From Burkholderiales bacterium (GTDB lineage: Bacteria; Pseudomonadota; Gammaproteobacteria; Burkholderiales; SG8-41), in the NCBI GenBank assembly GCA_043743335.1, contig JAYTWR010000193.1, positions 32,692 to 96,691 on the forward strand: DNA of 64,000 nucleotides. Reading direction: 5' to 3'. The position numbers and the translations under genes were made by a program. Position 1 is the first letter of the stretch; every line of letters begins with the position of its first letter. The notes beneath the pieces are model-generated. The model made no database searches and was not told the DNA's origin. It worked only from the letters and a program-made list of their open reading frames with translations. Below, piece after piece: positions 8,367-16,957 of the stretch.

Positions 8367-10286
8367 ATGCCTTCGTCACCGCTTTCCGCCGCCTACCACG
8401 AAATCAAACGCCTGCGCAGTTGCGGCGACATCCATGCCGCGCTGGCGATGCTGCAAGCGCAGCGGCCCGCGGCGGATGGCGATACCTTCGAAGCCGTCGT
8501 CACGTTATACATCGCGGGCGATCTCGACAGCGCCGTTAACGTATGCCGCACCCACCCATGGCAGGCACCATGGGCGATCAGCATGAGCCGCGCGTTGATC
8601 GACCTGCTGGCGAACCACAACGCGGCGCAGGCGCTCACGCACGCACGCGTCGCCCTGCGGGATCAAAACGCGGCACCGGATGCGCAGGCGTTTTATCTCT
8701 CATTGTTGCAAGCCAATGGGCTGATCGACGAAGCCTGCGGGTACATGCTGGACCATCTCGCACCGCCGCCGCTGGGCGAGACGTTTCTGCTGACCGTGAT
8801 GGCCGAAATCGCTGCCGCCGCGCAGCAATGGATGCCCGCCTATCAGCTTGGGTGCGCGGTAATGGCTACGGACACCTCGAACTACCGCGCGCTCATCGCG
8901 CTAAGCCTAGCGAACTACCAGTTCAATAATTTTCACGAAGCACTGGGCAACGCGCAGTGTGCCGATCTTATCCATCGCGGCGCGCTGCCGTCCACGCTGC
9001 AACTCATGCGTTGCCACAACCGGCTGGGGGATTACTACAGCGCCGTCGCCGCGTTTGATAGCCTTGACGCCGCGATCACGCCGCCGCCTGAGCTGCACGT
9101 GGCGCTGGGTATGGCATACGCCGGGCTGGAAAATTCGGCGCAGGCCGAGGCCGCCTATTGCGCCGCACTGACGGCAAATCCGCCGCCCATCGAAGCCCTG
9201 CGCGCGCTGCTGAAAATCTATCTCGACTCGGCGGATCACGATGCGCTCGCGGCGTTCGTCACGGCGCACGCGGCACTTATCGATGACGACACCGAGTGCA
9301 TTTTGCGCCAAGGCATGGAGCAGTTACGCCAAGGCAAGCGCGACGAGGCTGCGGCCTTGTTCAGAAAATGCAATGAAATCAATATCTTGCAAAAAGATGC
9401 TTACAGTCTCTTACCGTGGCCAGTGCCTGAACCGCGCGTCCGCCACGATTACGAGCAACTGGATTTACTGCGCCGACGCGGCAAACTCAACCCCGCCGGG
9501 CGGGATGCGCTGCGCGTGCTGCAACCGTTTTACGAGCAATCGGGCAACACGGCGCGCACCTTTGCGCCGCAGGGGGCGTTGGCTGACGCCTTCAAAAAAG
9601 CCTTGTGCGACATTCACTATTATCCGGATCCGGTGTTCAACGAAGTGGCGCTGGGCGCCAACGACTTTGCCACGCTCGAAGCGCAATACGCGGCTGAGAA
9701 TATCGTCGTCATCGACAATTTCCTGTCAGCCGAAGCGCTGGGCGAATTGCGCCGCTACAGCGAAGAAGCAACAGTGTGGAAGGTGTACAACGCGGGCGGC
9801 TACACCGCCGGGCTGATGGTGAAGGGTTTCGCACCGCGCGTGTTGCTGGCGATTGCCGATGAACTGCGACACAAAATGCCGCAGATCATCCAACACTATC
9901 CGCTGTTGCAGGCGTGGGGCTTCAAATACGATCAGCGCTTGCAGGGCATTACCCTGCACGCAGATTTTGCGCGGGTGAACGTAAACTTCTGGATTACGCC
10001 GGACGAGGCCTGCGAAGACCCCACCACCGGCGGCATGGTGGTCTACAACCACCCGGTGCCGAAAAGCTGGACGTTTGAAGATTACAACGTCAATCCACCG
10101 AAGCTAAAAGCCTTTCTGAAGGTGCACGACGCCACGCCACTGCGCGTGCCGTATCGCGCAAACCGCTGCGTGTTGTTCGACTCTAGCCTGATCCATGTGA
10201 CCGATGAACTGCACTTCAAGCCGGGATTTGAAAATCGTCGCGTGAATATCACGCTGCTGTTCGGTCGCGTGCGCGCCACGGAGTAA
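8367..10286 (+). CDS. helical-repeat (TPR-like) protein with C-terminal cupin/2OG-Fe(II)-oxygenase-like domain
   Basis: 639 aa. The C-terminus reads ITLHADFARVNVNFWITPDEA...GGMVVYNH...FDSSLIHVTDE...RRVNITLLFG, which gives a candidate H-x-D...H facial triad in a beta-rich segment. Confidence 0.45.
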   Translation: MPSSPLSAAYHEIKRLRSCGDIHAALAMLQAQRPAADGDTFEAVVTLYIAGDLDSAVNVCRTHPWQAPWAISMSRALIDLLANHNAAQALTHARVALRDQNAAPDAQAFYLSLLQANGLIDEACGYMLDHLAPPPLGETFLLTVMAEIAAAAQQWMPAYQLGCAVMATDTSNYRALIALSLANYQFNNFHEALGNAQCADLIHRGALPSTLQLMRCHNRLGDYYSAVAAFDSLDAAITPPPELHVALGMAYAGLENSAQAEAAYCAALTANPPPIEALRALLKIYLDSADHDALAAFVTAHAALIDDDTECILRQGMEQLRQGKRDEAAALFRKCNEINILQKDAYSLLPWPVPEPRVRHDYEQLDLLRRRGKLNPAGRDALRVLQPFYEQSGNTARTFAPQGALADAFKKALCDIHYYPDPVFNEVALGANDFATLEAQYAAENIVVIDNFLSAEALGELRRYSEEATVWKVYNAGGYTAGLMVKGFAPRVLLAIADELRHKMPQIIQHYPLLQAWGFKYDQRLQGITLHADFARVNVNFWITPDEACEDPTTGGMVVYNHPVPKSWTFEDYNVNPPKLKAFLKVHDATPLRVPYRANRCVLFDSSLIHVTDELHFKPGFENRRVNITLLFGRVRATE

Positions 10287-10300
10287 CAGCGCCTGCCGTT

Positions 10301-10355
10301 TTAAATCCCCAACTTAGATGCCGAAGTTAGATACCGAAGTTAGATCCCTAAGCCG
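10301..10355. repeat. TTAAATCCCCAACTTA core plus 13-bp tandem units (GATGCCGAAGTTA / GATACCGAAGTTA / partial third)
   Basis: Seen directly. The core is near-identical to part of the 64-bp repeat (TTAAATCCCAACTTA). The element fills the convergent junction and encodes the last residues of the aldo/keto reductase. Confidence 0.5.
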
Positions 10356-11335
10356 CCCAATTGCTTTTCAGGATAGCGCGTGCCCGCCGCCGCGTGTAGC
10401 GGAAACGCCGCGTTCAGCCGCGCGATATCATCCGCGCTTAACAGCACATCCATCGCCGTGCAATTCTGCTCCAGATACGCACGCCGCTTGGTGCCGGGAA
10501 TCGGCACCACATGCGGCCCTTGCGCCAGCAGCCAGGCCAGCGCGATCTGCGCCGGGGTGGCTTTTTTAGCCGCCGCTATATCTTCAATCGGCTTAATCAA
10601 GTCTTTGTTTTTATTGATATTTTCTACCCCGAAGCGTGGGTGGTCGCGGCGCCGGTCGCTGGGCAATAAGGCATCCAGTGTTTTCAGGGTGGCCGTGAGA
10701 AAGCCGCGCCCGAGTGGCGCGTAGGCCATGAACGCAATACCTAATTCGCGGCACGCGGGAATGATGGCGTGCTCGACGTCGCGGCTCCACAACGAATATT
10801 CGGTTTCCAGCGCCACTATCGGATGCACCTTGTGCGCGCGGCGTAGGGTTTCCGGCCCGGCTTCGGAAAGCTGCAAATAGCGCACCTTGCCTTGCTCCAC
10901 CAGCCGCTTCATGGCACCCACAGTGTCTTCAATCGGCACGGTGGGGTCTACGCGGTGCAGGCCATAAATGTCGATCACATCCACGCCCAGCATTTTGAGA
11001 CTTTTGTCGCAAGCCTGCGGCACGTAATCGGGGTGGCCGCCGGTGAGCGCGGATTTGGTGCCACCGCCCAAGGCCAGATTGCCGAACTTGGTGGCGATCA
11101 ACACTTTGTCGCGACGGCCTTTGACGGCCTTGCCGACCAAGGCCTCATTCACGCCCGCGCCGTAGGCGTCCGACGTGACCATGAGGTTCACGCCGAGATC
11201 CACCGCCCGGTGGATGGTCGCAATCGATTCTGCGTCGTCCGGCACGCCGTAGCTGATGGACATGCCCATGCAGCCTAGGCCCATGGCGGATACTTGAGGG
11301 CCGTTGTGGCCCAGTTGGATTGTACGCATGGTCAT
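10340..11335 (-). CDS. aldo/keto reductase
   Basis: 331 aa with LGCMGMS, DTSDAYG-like (VTSDAYGAG), LHRVDP and IPGTKR motifs. Confidence 0.9.
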   Translation of the reverse strand: MTMRTIQLGHNGPQVSAMGLGCMGMSISYGVPDDAESIATIHRAVDLGVNLMVTSDAYGAGVNEALVGKAVKGRRDKVLIATKFGNLALGGGTKSALTGGHPDYVPQACDKSLKMLGVDVIDIYGLHRVDPTVPIEDTVGAMKRLVEQGKVRYLQLSEAGPETLRRAHKVHPIVALETEYSLWSRDVEHAIIPACRELGIAFMAYAPLGRGFLTATLKTLDALLPSDRRRDHPRFGVENINKNKDLIKPIEDIAAAKKATPAQIALAWLLAQGPHVVPIPGTKRRAYLEQNCTAMDVLLSADDIARLNAAFPLHAAAGTRYPEKQLGGLGI

Positions 11336-11364
11336 TGTGACTCCTGATGGGGTGCGATGTCGCG

Positions 11365-12600
11365 TTAAAAGATTTCAGCTAGGCACGCGTTCAAGGCGAA
11401 TTCGGTTTGTGGCAGATTAGCGGTGAAACCCAAAGACTCGCTTAGCGTACGGCCTTCGCGCAGCTTGACCGCCTCCGGCGCAACATGCCAGCAGGCGATG
11501 CCCAAAGCGCTCGCCAGTCGCGCGAACTCCGGCTGCTGTTTTGTGCTTAATATCAAACACTTACGTGCATTCCGCGCAAACAGCAGGTTTGCCATGTTAG
11601 CGCCGTACGGCCCGGCGACGACTTCTGCGGATGCCGCAAAGCGCATTTGTTCCGCGAAACTGTGGGCCTCGGGGTCGATGGCCACAAAGCCGTGGCGCTC
11701 GAACAGTTGAACGACCTCAGCCTCGTTCAGCAACGGGCGGTCTTTCGCATTGCGTCGCGCGAGATACAGCCTGCGCGGGCCATCCTGCGCCGTGGCGGGC
11801 AAGTGCGCGCGCAGGTAATTCAAACCCGTCACGCTGTGCGCGTGATGAAAATACGACGTGGTGCAGTAGTACAGCTCGCGACACTCAACACGCACGTGGG
11901 CGCGATGGCGGATCAAGCGGTTTTCGGCAATACCCATCGCGGCGAGCGAGGCCAATTGGTAGGGCGCAGCGTCACCGTGCAACAGGATCGGCAGATTACC
12001 CAAATCGCCCAAGTCACCCGTGTCACCCGTGTCACCATCGGCCGCATACGCCGCCAGCCGCGGCAGGCTGCCGAAAAACCACGCGGCGTAGTTGGTGGTG
12101 GCGGGCAAATAGAGCGCGGCGTCATTCACGCGCGCGGTTTCGCGATGGCGCACGGCGACGATAATTTGGCGCTCCGACGCGACGATGCCCGGAAACTCCG
12201 GCGGTAGGTGATGGCACAACTCGGCGTTGTTGTAGCCGATGTTGTCGTTGAGCAATTGCCCGGCGGCGGTCAATAAAATATTGGGCGCGATGGCGGTGCA
12301 ACGCGCCATCGCCAGCAGCCGCAAGGCCGGCGGTTGCCAAGGTGCCGCCCAAGGCTCGAACTGCGCCAGCCCCGCGAGTAACCGTGCGGTGGATGCCACT
12401 GCGGCATCTTCGAAAACCCGCAGTTGGCGCACGCCTTTGGCGCTCGCGGCAGCCTCAACCGCGAGCACAGGGTGCGCCAAAGCTATTGACGCTAACCCTT
12501 TGATTTGTAAATAATTTTTTGCGGCCTTGAGCGCCGCCGTCACGTTGCCTTCGGCAAGTTTGAGGGCGGCGAACTGCCGAGCCTGATCTGCCTCGGTCAT
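11365..12600 (-). CDS. GT61/DUF563-family glycosyltransferase
   Basis: 411 aa. RLYLARRNAKDRPLLNEAEVVQLFERHGFVAIDPEAHSFAEQMRFAASAEVVAGPYGANMANLLF matches the DUF563 C-terminal pattern. Confidence 0.65.
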   Translation of the reverse strand: MTEADQARQFAALKLAEGNVTAALKAAKNYLQIKGLASIALAHPVLAVEAAASAKGVRQLRVFEDAAVASTARLLAGLAQFEPWAAPWQPPALRLLAMARCTAIAPNILLTAAGQLLNDNIGYNNAELCHHLPPEFPGIVASERQIIVAVRHRETARVNDAALYLPATTNYAAWFFGSLPRLAAYAADGDTGDTGDLGDLGNLPILLHGDAAPYQLASLAAMGIAENRLIRHRAHVRVECRELYYCTTSYFHHAHSVTGLNYLRAHLPATAQDGPRRLYLARRNAKDRPLLNEAEVVQLFERHGFVAIDPEAHSFAEQMRFAASAEVVAGPYGANMANLLFARNARKCLILSTKQQPEFARLASALGIACWHVAPEAVKLREGRTLSESLGFTANLPQTEFALNACLAEIF

Positions 12601-12628
12601 TACCCGCTAGCCTGCGCCCAACGACAAC

Positions 12629-13318
12629 TTACTTGGCGTAGGTCACCGTCAAATCGCCGACGCCTTGCACATGCCCTTCAAGCGTGTCGCCCTTTTGCAC
12701 CGGGCCCACGCCCGACGGCGTGCCGGACATGATGATGTCGCCAGCGCGCAGGGTAATCAATTTCGACAGATACGCAATGGTCTCAGGCACGTTCCAGATC
12801 ATGTCGGCCAAATCACCCGTTTGCTTGACCACGCCATTGACTTTAAGCGTGATCGCGCCTTTGGCCGGGTGGCCCACCATGGCTACGGTTTTGAGCGCGG
12901 TGCATGGCGCAGATTCATCAAACGCCTTGCCCATTTCCCACGGGCGACCCATTTTCTTGGCTTCGCCCTGCACATCGCGGCGCGTCATGTCGAGGCCGAC
13001 GCCGTAGCCGAACACGTGATCCAGCGCTTTTTCCACAGGAATATCCTTGCCGCCCTTGCCGATAGCAACAATCATTTCGATTTCGTGATGCAAATCTTTG
13101 GTGACGGTCGGATAGGCAATTGTCGCGCCGCTCATCACAATCGCGTCTGCTGGCTTCATAAAGAAAAACGGCGGCTCGCGATCCGGGTCATGGCCCATTT
13201 CGCGCGCGTGCTCGGCATAGTTGCGGCCCACGCAGTAGATGCGGCCGACGGGAAACGCCGCATTGCTTTCGGCGACGGGTAATGTGGTGGGGCCGGGGAA
13301 ATCAATGGCGTAACTCAT
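12629..13318 (-). CDS. fumarylacetoacetate hydrolase (FAH) family protein
   Basis: 229 aa with IYCVGRNYAEHAREMG, HHEIEMIVAIGKGG and SGTPSGVGPV. Confidence 0.9.
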   Translation of the reverse strand: MSYAIDFPGPTTLPVAESNAAFPVGRIYCVGRNYAEHAREMGHDPDREPPFFFMKPADAIVMSGATIAYPTVTKDLHHEIEMIVAIGKGGKDIPVEKALDHVFGYGVGLDMTRRDVQGEAKKMGRPWEMGKAFDESAPCTALKTVAMVGHPAKGAITLKVNGVVKQTGDLADMIWNVPETIAYLSKLITLRAGDIIMSGTPSGVGPVQKGDTLEGHVQGVGDLTVTYAK

Positions 13319-13488
13319 GGTGTAATCCTTCGAGAGAGAATTTGCGCGCTTTCACGCGCGGCGATGCGCAACGGACGGGCGATTATCCGGGAAACCGTTC
13401 CTTTGGGTCAAACACCTGCGTGCCGTCACCGCACCGCATCGGGCAAGCCGGTTGAGAATAGCGCCGCACTCCACTATGCTCTCGGCCC

Positions 13489-14211
13489 ATGCCATCGACG
13501 CAAACCTTGAATCAAATCGCTTTTTTCTGGGTGGGGCAGGATGTCACCATCCCGTCGCTGCTGGTGCGCTCGATACGCCACGCGTTCGGCGCGCAATTCA
13601 GCATTCTGCAACTTTCAGACCGCGAGACGCCGCCGGTGGCGGGCGTCACCACGCACAAGAAAATCAAGCTCTCGCCGCACATTATGGTGGCACGGCTGGA
13701 GGCTTTTGCCGCTTCTGCGGTCACCACGCCCACGCTGTTTCTCGACGCCGACATGTTGGTGCTGCGCCCGTTTGACCTGCCGCCGCTGGCCGAAAACGAT
13801 GTCGGCGTCACCCCGCGCGGCGAACGCGACACCATTCGCTTTTCCAAACGCGAATGGGCGGAGTTTCCGGAATTCACCGAGAAGGATTCCGCGCAAATGA
13901 TGCCCTACATCTACTCTTTTGTGTACGTGCGCTCGCCGGTGATTTTTCTGCGACAACTGAATGCCTTGCGCAAAATGCCCAAGCGCTTTCACCGCTGGTA
14001 CGGCGATCAGATGACGCTGAAGAGCGAGCTGGACGCGCCGGGGCGGTTTACGCTACGCAATTTTGATGTCAATGTTTACAACCGTACCGTGCGCTCACGC
14101 GTGGAGTTTGAAGAAGTCCGCGACGCATCCAACGCAGTCTGCATCGCGCACTTCAAAGGGCCGGACAGCAAAGCCGCCATGCACGAATCGCTGGCGATGT
14201 TGGCCGGCTAG
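13489..14211 (+). CDS. putative nucleotide-sugar (GT-A, DXD) glycosyltransferase
   Basis: 240 aa. IAFFWVGQD...LFLDADMLVLRP gives a DXD motif in a GT-A-like context. Assignment is weak. Confidence 0.4.
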   Translation: MPSTQTLNQIAFFWVGQDVTIPSLLVRSIRHAFGAQFSILQLSDRETPPVAGVTTHKKIKLSPHIMVARLEAFAASAVTTPTLFLDADMLVLRPFDLPPLAENDVGVTPRGERDTIRFSKREWAEFPEFTEKDSAQMMPYIYSFVYVRSPVIFLRQLNALRKMPKRFHRWYGDQMTLKSELDAPGRFTLRNFDVNVYNRTVRSRVEFEEVRDASNAVCIAHFKGPDSKAAMHESLAMLAG

Positions 14212-14236
14212 TGCCGCCGCCGCACTAGGGCCGCCC

Positions 14237-14632
14237 ATGACCGAATCCACCAGCCTCTGGGCGTTGTTCGTCAGCAGCTTTCTCGCCGCCACACTGCTGC
14301 CCGGCGGCTCGGAAGTGGTGCTGTTTGGCGTGCTGAAGCTGCATCCCGGTCAGTTGTGGGCGGCGCTGGGCGTTGCGACCTTGGGCAACACGCTGGGTGG
14401 CATGTCGTCTTATGGGATCGGCAGGCTGATTCCGCAAAAGCAGGCCCTAAAAGGGCTGGCAACGGTGCAGCGCTACGGCGCGCCGGTATTGCTGCTGGCT
14501 TGGGTGCCGATCATCGGCGATCCACTGTGCCTGGCCGCTGGCTGGCTGCGGTTAAATCCTTGGTGGTCGGCGCTGTGTATCGCGGTGGGAAAATTCGTGC
14601 GCTATGGGGTGATTGCGGTGCTGGTGGTTTAG
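14237..14632 (+). CDS. YqaA/DedA-like inner-membrane protein
   Basis: The internal ATG at 14237 gives MTESTSLWALFVSSFLAATLLPGGSEVVLFG...ATLGNTLGGMSSYGIGR. The upstream extension in the ORF track overlaps the previous gene. Confidence 0.75.
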   Translation: MTESTSLWALFVSSFLAATLLPGGSEVVLFGVLKLHPGQLWAALGVATLGNTLGGMSSYGIGRLIPQKQALKGLATVQRYGAPVLLLAWVPIIGDPLCLAAGWLRLNPWWSALCIAVGKFVRYGVIAVLVV

Positions 14633-14855
14633 CCTGTCGACTGGGCCCCACGGGCGGCGCGGTACGTGATGTAATGCCAACTATCGATTGCTGTACGTAA
14701 AATAATACCGGTTTTCCGTGAAATAGCCGGGTAAAGTGTGACCTGATTCACAGGCGGTTGGCGGCGGGTACTCGTAATCTTGCGCCCGCTGGTTCGACGC
14801 CACGTGCCCTGTGGTGCAACATCGTCGCGCAACATCGGCACAACAGGAGATACTG

Positions 14856-16475
14856 ATGAGCTTGCCCTCTCTTTCCAACACCGGATCCACTTCAATCAAA
14901 TTGCAATTTAACGACGCCGCTGCATGCGCGCGCTGGGTGGCGGCGCTGCCGATCACCAATGTGCAACTGGTGCATCAAACGCTGTCGGAGCAAATCGCGG
15001 CGCTTGCCATCGTCAATGTGGCGCCGTTGGAGCGGTTGAAAATGATCGAGGCGCTGAAAGAGCCTTTGATGTTCGCGCAAGCGGAACTCGCCAAGCGTTA
15101 CATCGGCAAGCCCTTGCCGCTCGATCAGGCTGACGCCAAGGCATGGGACAGTGTGATGACGCTGTGGCGCGCGGCGGCTGCGGTGTACCGTAGTTGTCTG
15201 GATGCCTTTCGCGCGGGCGATTTGACGCTGGTGCCGCATGCCGCCCTGTTAACGCTGCGTTGCCTGCGCACGATGGCCTGCGGCTTGTTTGAGCACTATC
15301 AGGTGTATCGCGAACCCGATGCCGCCACGTGGCGTGGCTTTCACGAGCTGTTCGCGTTCGCTGAGGACCAAGGCCTGTCGCGCGTGCGCGTGCAGGATGT
15401 TTTCGGCAAGCGCGACGCGGATTCCAGTTGCGCCGAGGCCTATGTGCAGGGGCTCATGGCGAACCTTGCCAATCCGTATGCGCTGTCGGTGCGGCAAATC
15501 GCCTTTGTGCGGCGCTGGCTGGAGAAATGGTCGTCGCTGGTGGAGCTGTCGCGCCAGCCGTTGCCGCCGGGACAGATCCCGCCGCTGGCGGTAGATTTTG
15601 CTAGCGATAGTCCGCCTGGGCTGGCGGCGCAAATAACCCATAGTGATACGGTGCGCTATATCGATATGGAGCCGCTGTCCAAAACGCTGCGCCAAACCAT
15701 CAATATGCTCAAGCAGGGCCAAACGCCGGGACAGATCGGCTTGGGTGACGACGCGCGTCAGCCGGGTTGTGAAAACCTCATCATGCTGCTTTATTTGCAA
15801 TGGTGCCGCGCCGGTACCTTGCGCACTGAAGAGCGCAACACCATTGCAGCCCCTGTAGAAGTCTGTTTTGGCATCGCCGATAGCTTTAACGCGCTGGGCG
15901 GCGACAACCGCAGCAAGAAAGATATCGAATTCAACGCGCGCGACAAATGGGAAATGGACAACTTGGGTTTCTCCATGCGCCTGTCGAATACCGCGAAGCA
16001 GGCGTTGGTGAAAAAATCCGAAGCGTGGCAGGTGCTCAACCAAAGCAACTCGGGCTTTATGTGCATGCTGCGCGATCCCAGCGGTGTCATGCGCATGGTA
16101 CACAATCAGTTGCTGGGCATACGCCGCAGCAGTGAAGCGCCCAAGCTCGGCACGGTGCAATGGATCAGGGTGACGAGCAGCGGCGAAACCCAGTGCGGCG
16201 TACGCCTGTTTGCTGGCGCGGCGCAACCGGCCAAGGTGCGGCCCGCGAACTTCATCCTGCCGACCGGGCAGGAATATGAAGTGGCGTTGATCACGCCAGC
16301 CGTGCCGATGCCCGCCACACCGGCAACGATTGTGCTGCCTGCAGGTTGGTTTCAGAGCGGGCGCTTGCTTGAGCTGGAAGGCAACCCGCAAGATGCCCAG
16401 AAGCGGCTGGTCAAACTGCTGACGCTGATTGAGCGTGGCGCAGACTTCGACCGTTGTGCCGTGGAAACAGTGTAG
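14856..16475 (+). CDS. conserved hypothetical protein with a PilZ-like C-terminal motif
   Basis: An AGGAGA SD lies 5 nt before the ATG at 14856. The C-terminal VLNQSNSGFMCML resembles the (D/N)xSxxG half of the PilZ motif, but no clear RxxxR is present. Confidence 0.55.
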   Translation: MSLPSLSNTGSTSIKLQFNDAAACARWVAALPITNVQLVHQTLSEQIAALAIVNVAPLERLKMIEALKEPLMFAQAELAKRYIGKPLPLDQADAKAWDSVMTLWRAAAAVYRSCLDAFRAGDLTLVPHAALLTLRCLRTMACGLFEHYQVYREPDAATWRGFHELFAFAEDQGLSRVRVQDVFGKRDADSSCAEAYVQGLMANLANPYALSVRQIAFVRRWLEKWSSLVELSRQPLPPGQIPPLAVDFASDSPPGLAAQITHSDTVRYIDMEPLSKTLRQTINMLKQGQTPGQIGLGDDARQPGCENLIMLLYLQWCRAGTLRTEERNTIAAPVEVCFGIADSFNALGGDNRSKKDIEFNARDKWEMDNLGFSMRLSNTAKQALVKKSEAWQVLNQSNSGFMCMLRDPSGVMRMVHNQLLGIRRSSEAPKLGTVQWIRVTSSGETQCGVRLFAGAAQPAKVRPANFILPTGQEYEVALITPAVPMPATPATIVLPAGWFQSGRLLELEGNPQDAQKRLVKLLTLIERGADFDRCAVETV

Positions 16476-16564
16476 GCCAGCAAGACCGTGAGGACGGTTC
16501 CCGGTTATGATGTGCGCCCGCCGCAACTGCGGACTCACGTTATTGCACAGGAACCGTAGCAACC

Positions 16565-16936
16565 ATGGCTGGCATCGACCGTAATACGCCGTCGCCCACC
16601 GAGATCAAGCTGCATCAGGTCTCGCGCGTGCTGGAGCTCACTTTCAGCGACGGCAAAACCTTTGCATTGCCGTGCGAATTTCTGCGCGTGTATTCGCCCT
16701 CCGCCGAAGTGCGCGGCCACGGGCCGGGGCAAGAGACGCTGCAGGTGGGCAAGAAAAATGTTGAGATCAAGGCCGTGGAACCCGTAGGCAACTACGCGGT
16801 GCAGCTGGCGTTCTCCGACGGCCACAACACCGGCATTTATTCGTGGGACATTCTGTACGACTACGGCGTGCGTCAGCACGAGCTGTGGCAAGACTATTTG
16901 CGGCGCATGGAAGCCGCAGGCGCGTCGCGCGATTAA
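16565..16936 (+). CDS. DUF971 (gamma-butyrobetaine hydroxylase-like N-terminal domain) protein
   Basis: 123 aa with LELTFSDGKTFALPCEFLRVYSPSAEV...GNYAVQLAFSDGHNTGIYSWDILY. Confidence 0.8.
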   Translation: MAGIDRNTPSPTEIKLHQVSRVLELTFSDGKTFALPCEFLRVYSPSAEVRGHGPGQETLQVGKKNVEIKAVEPVGNYAVQLAFSDGHNTGIYSWDILYDYGVRQHELWQDYLRRMEAAGASRD

Positions 16937-16957
16937 CCGCCGTTCCAGCCCACGCCC

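Noticed and set aside
14780-14800. GGTTCGA-like T-loop motif suggesting a tRNA
   Set aside because: The flanking sequence cannot form a T-stem, an acceptor stem or the other cloverleaf arms. No tRNA or rRNA was recognised anywhere in the window.
15249-16562. 437-aa ORF on the minus strand, fully antisense to the 14856-16475 gene
   Set aside because: Its Arg/His/Gly/Gln-rich, low-complexity composition is typical of antisense frames in GC-rich DNA, and it has no recognisable motif. The sense ORF has a good SD and coherent domain-like sequence.
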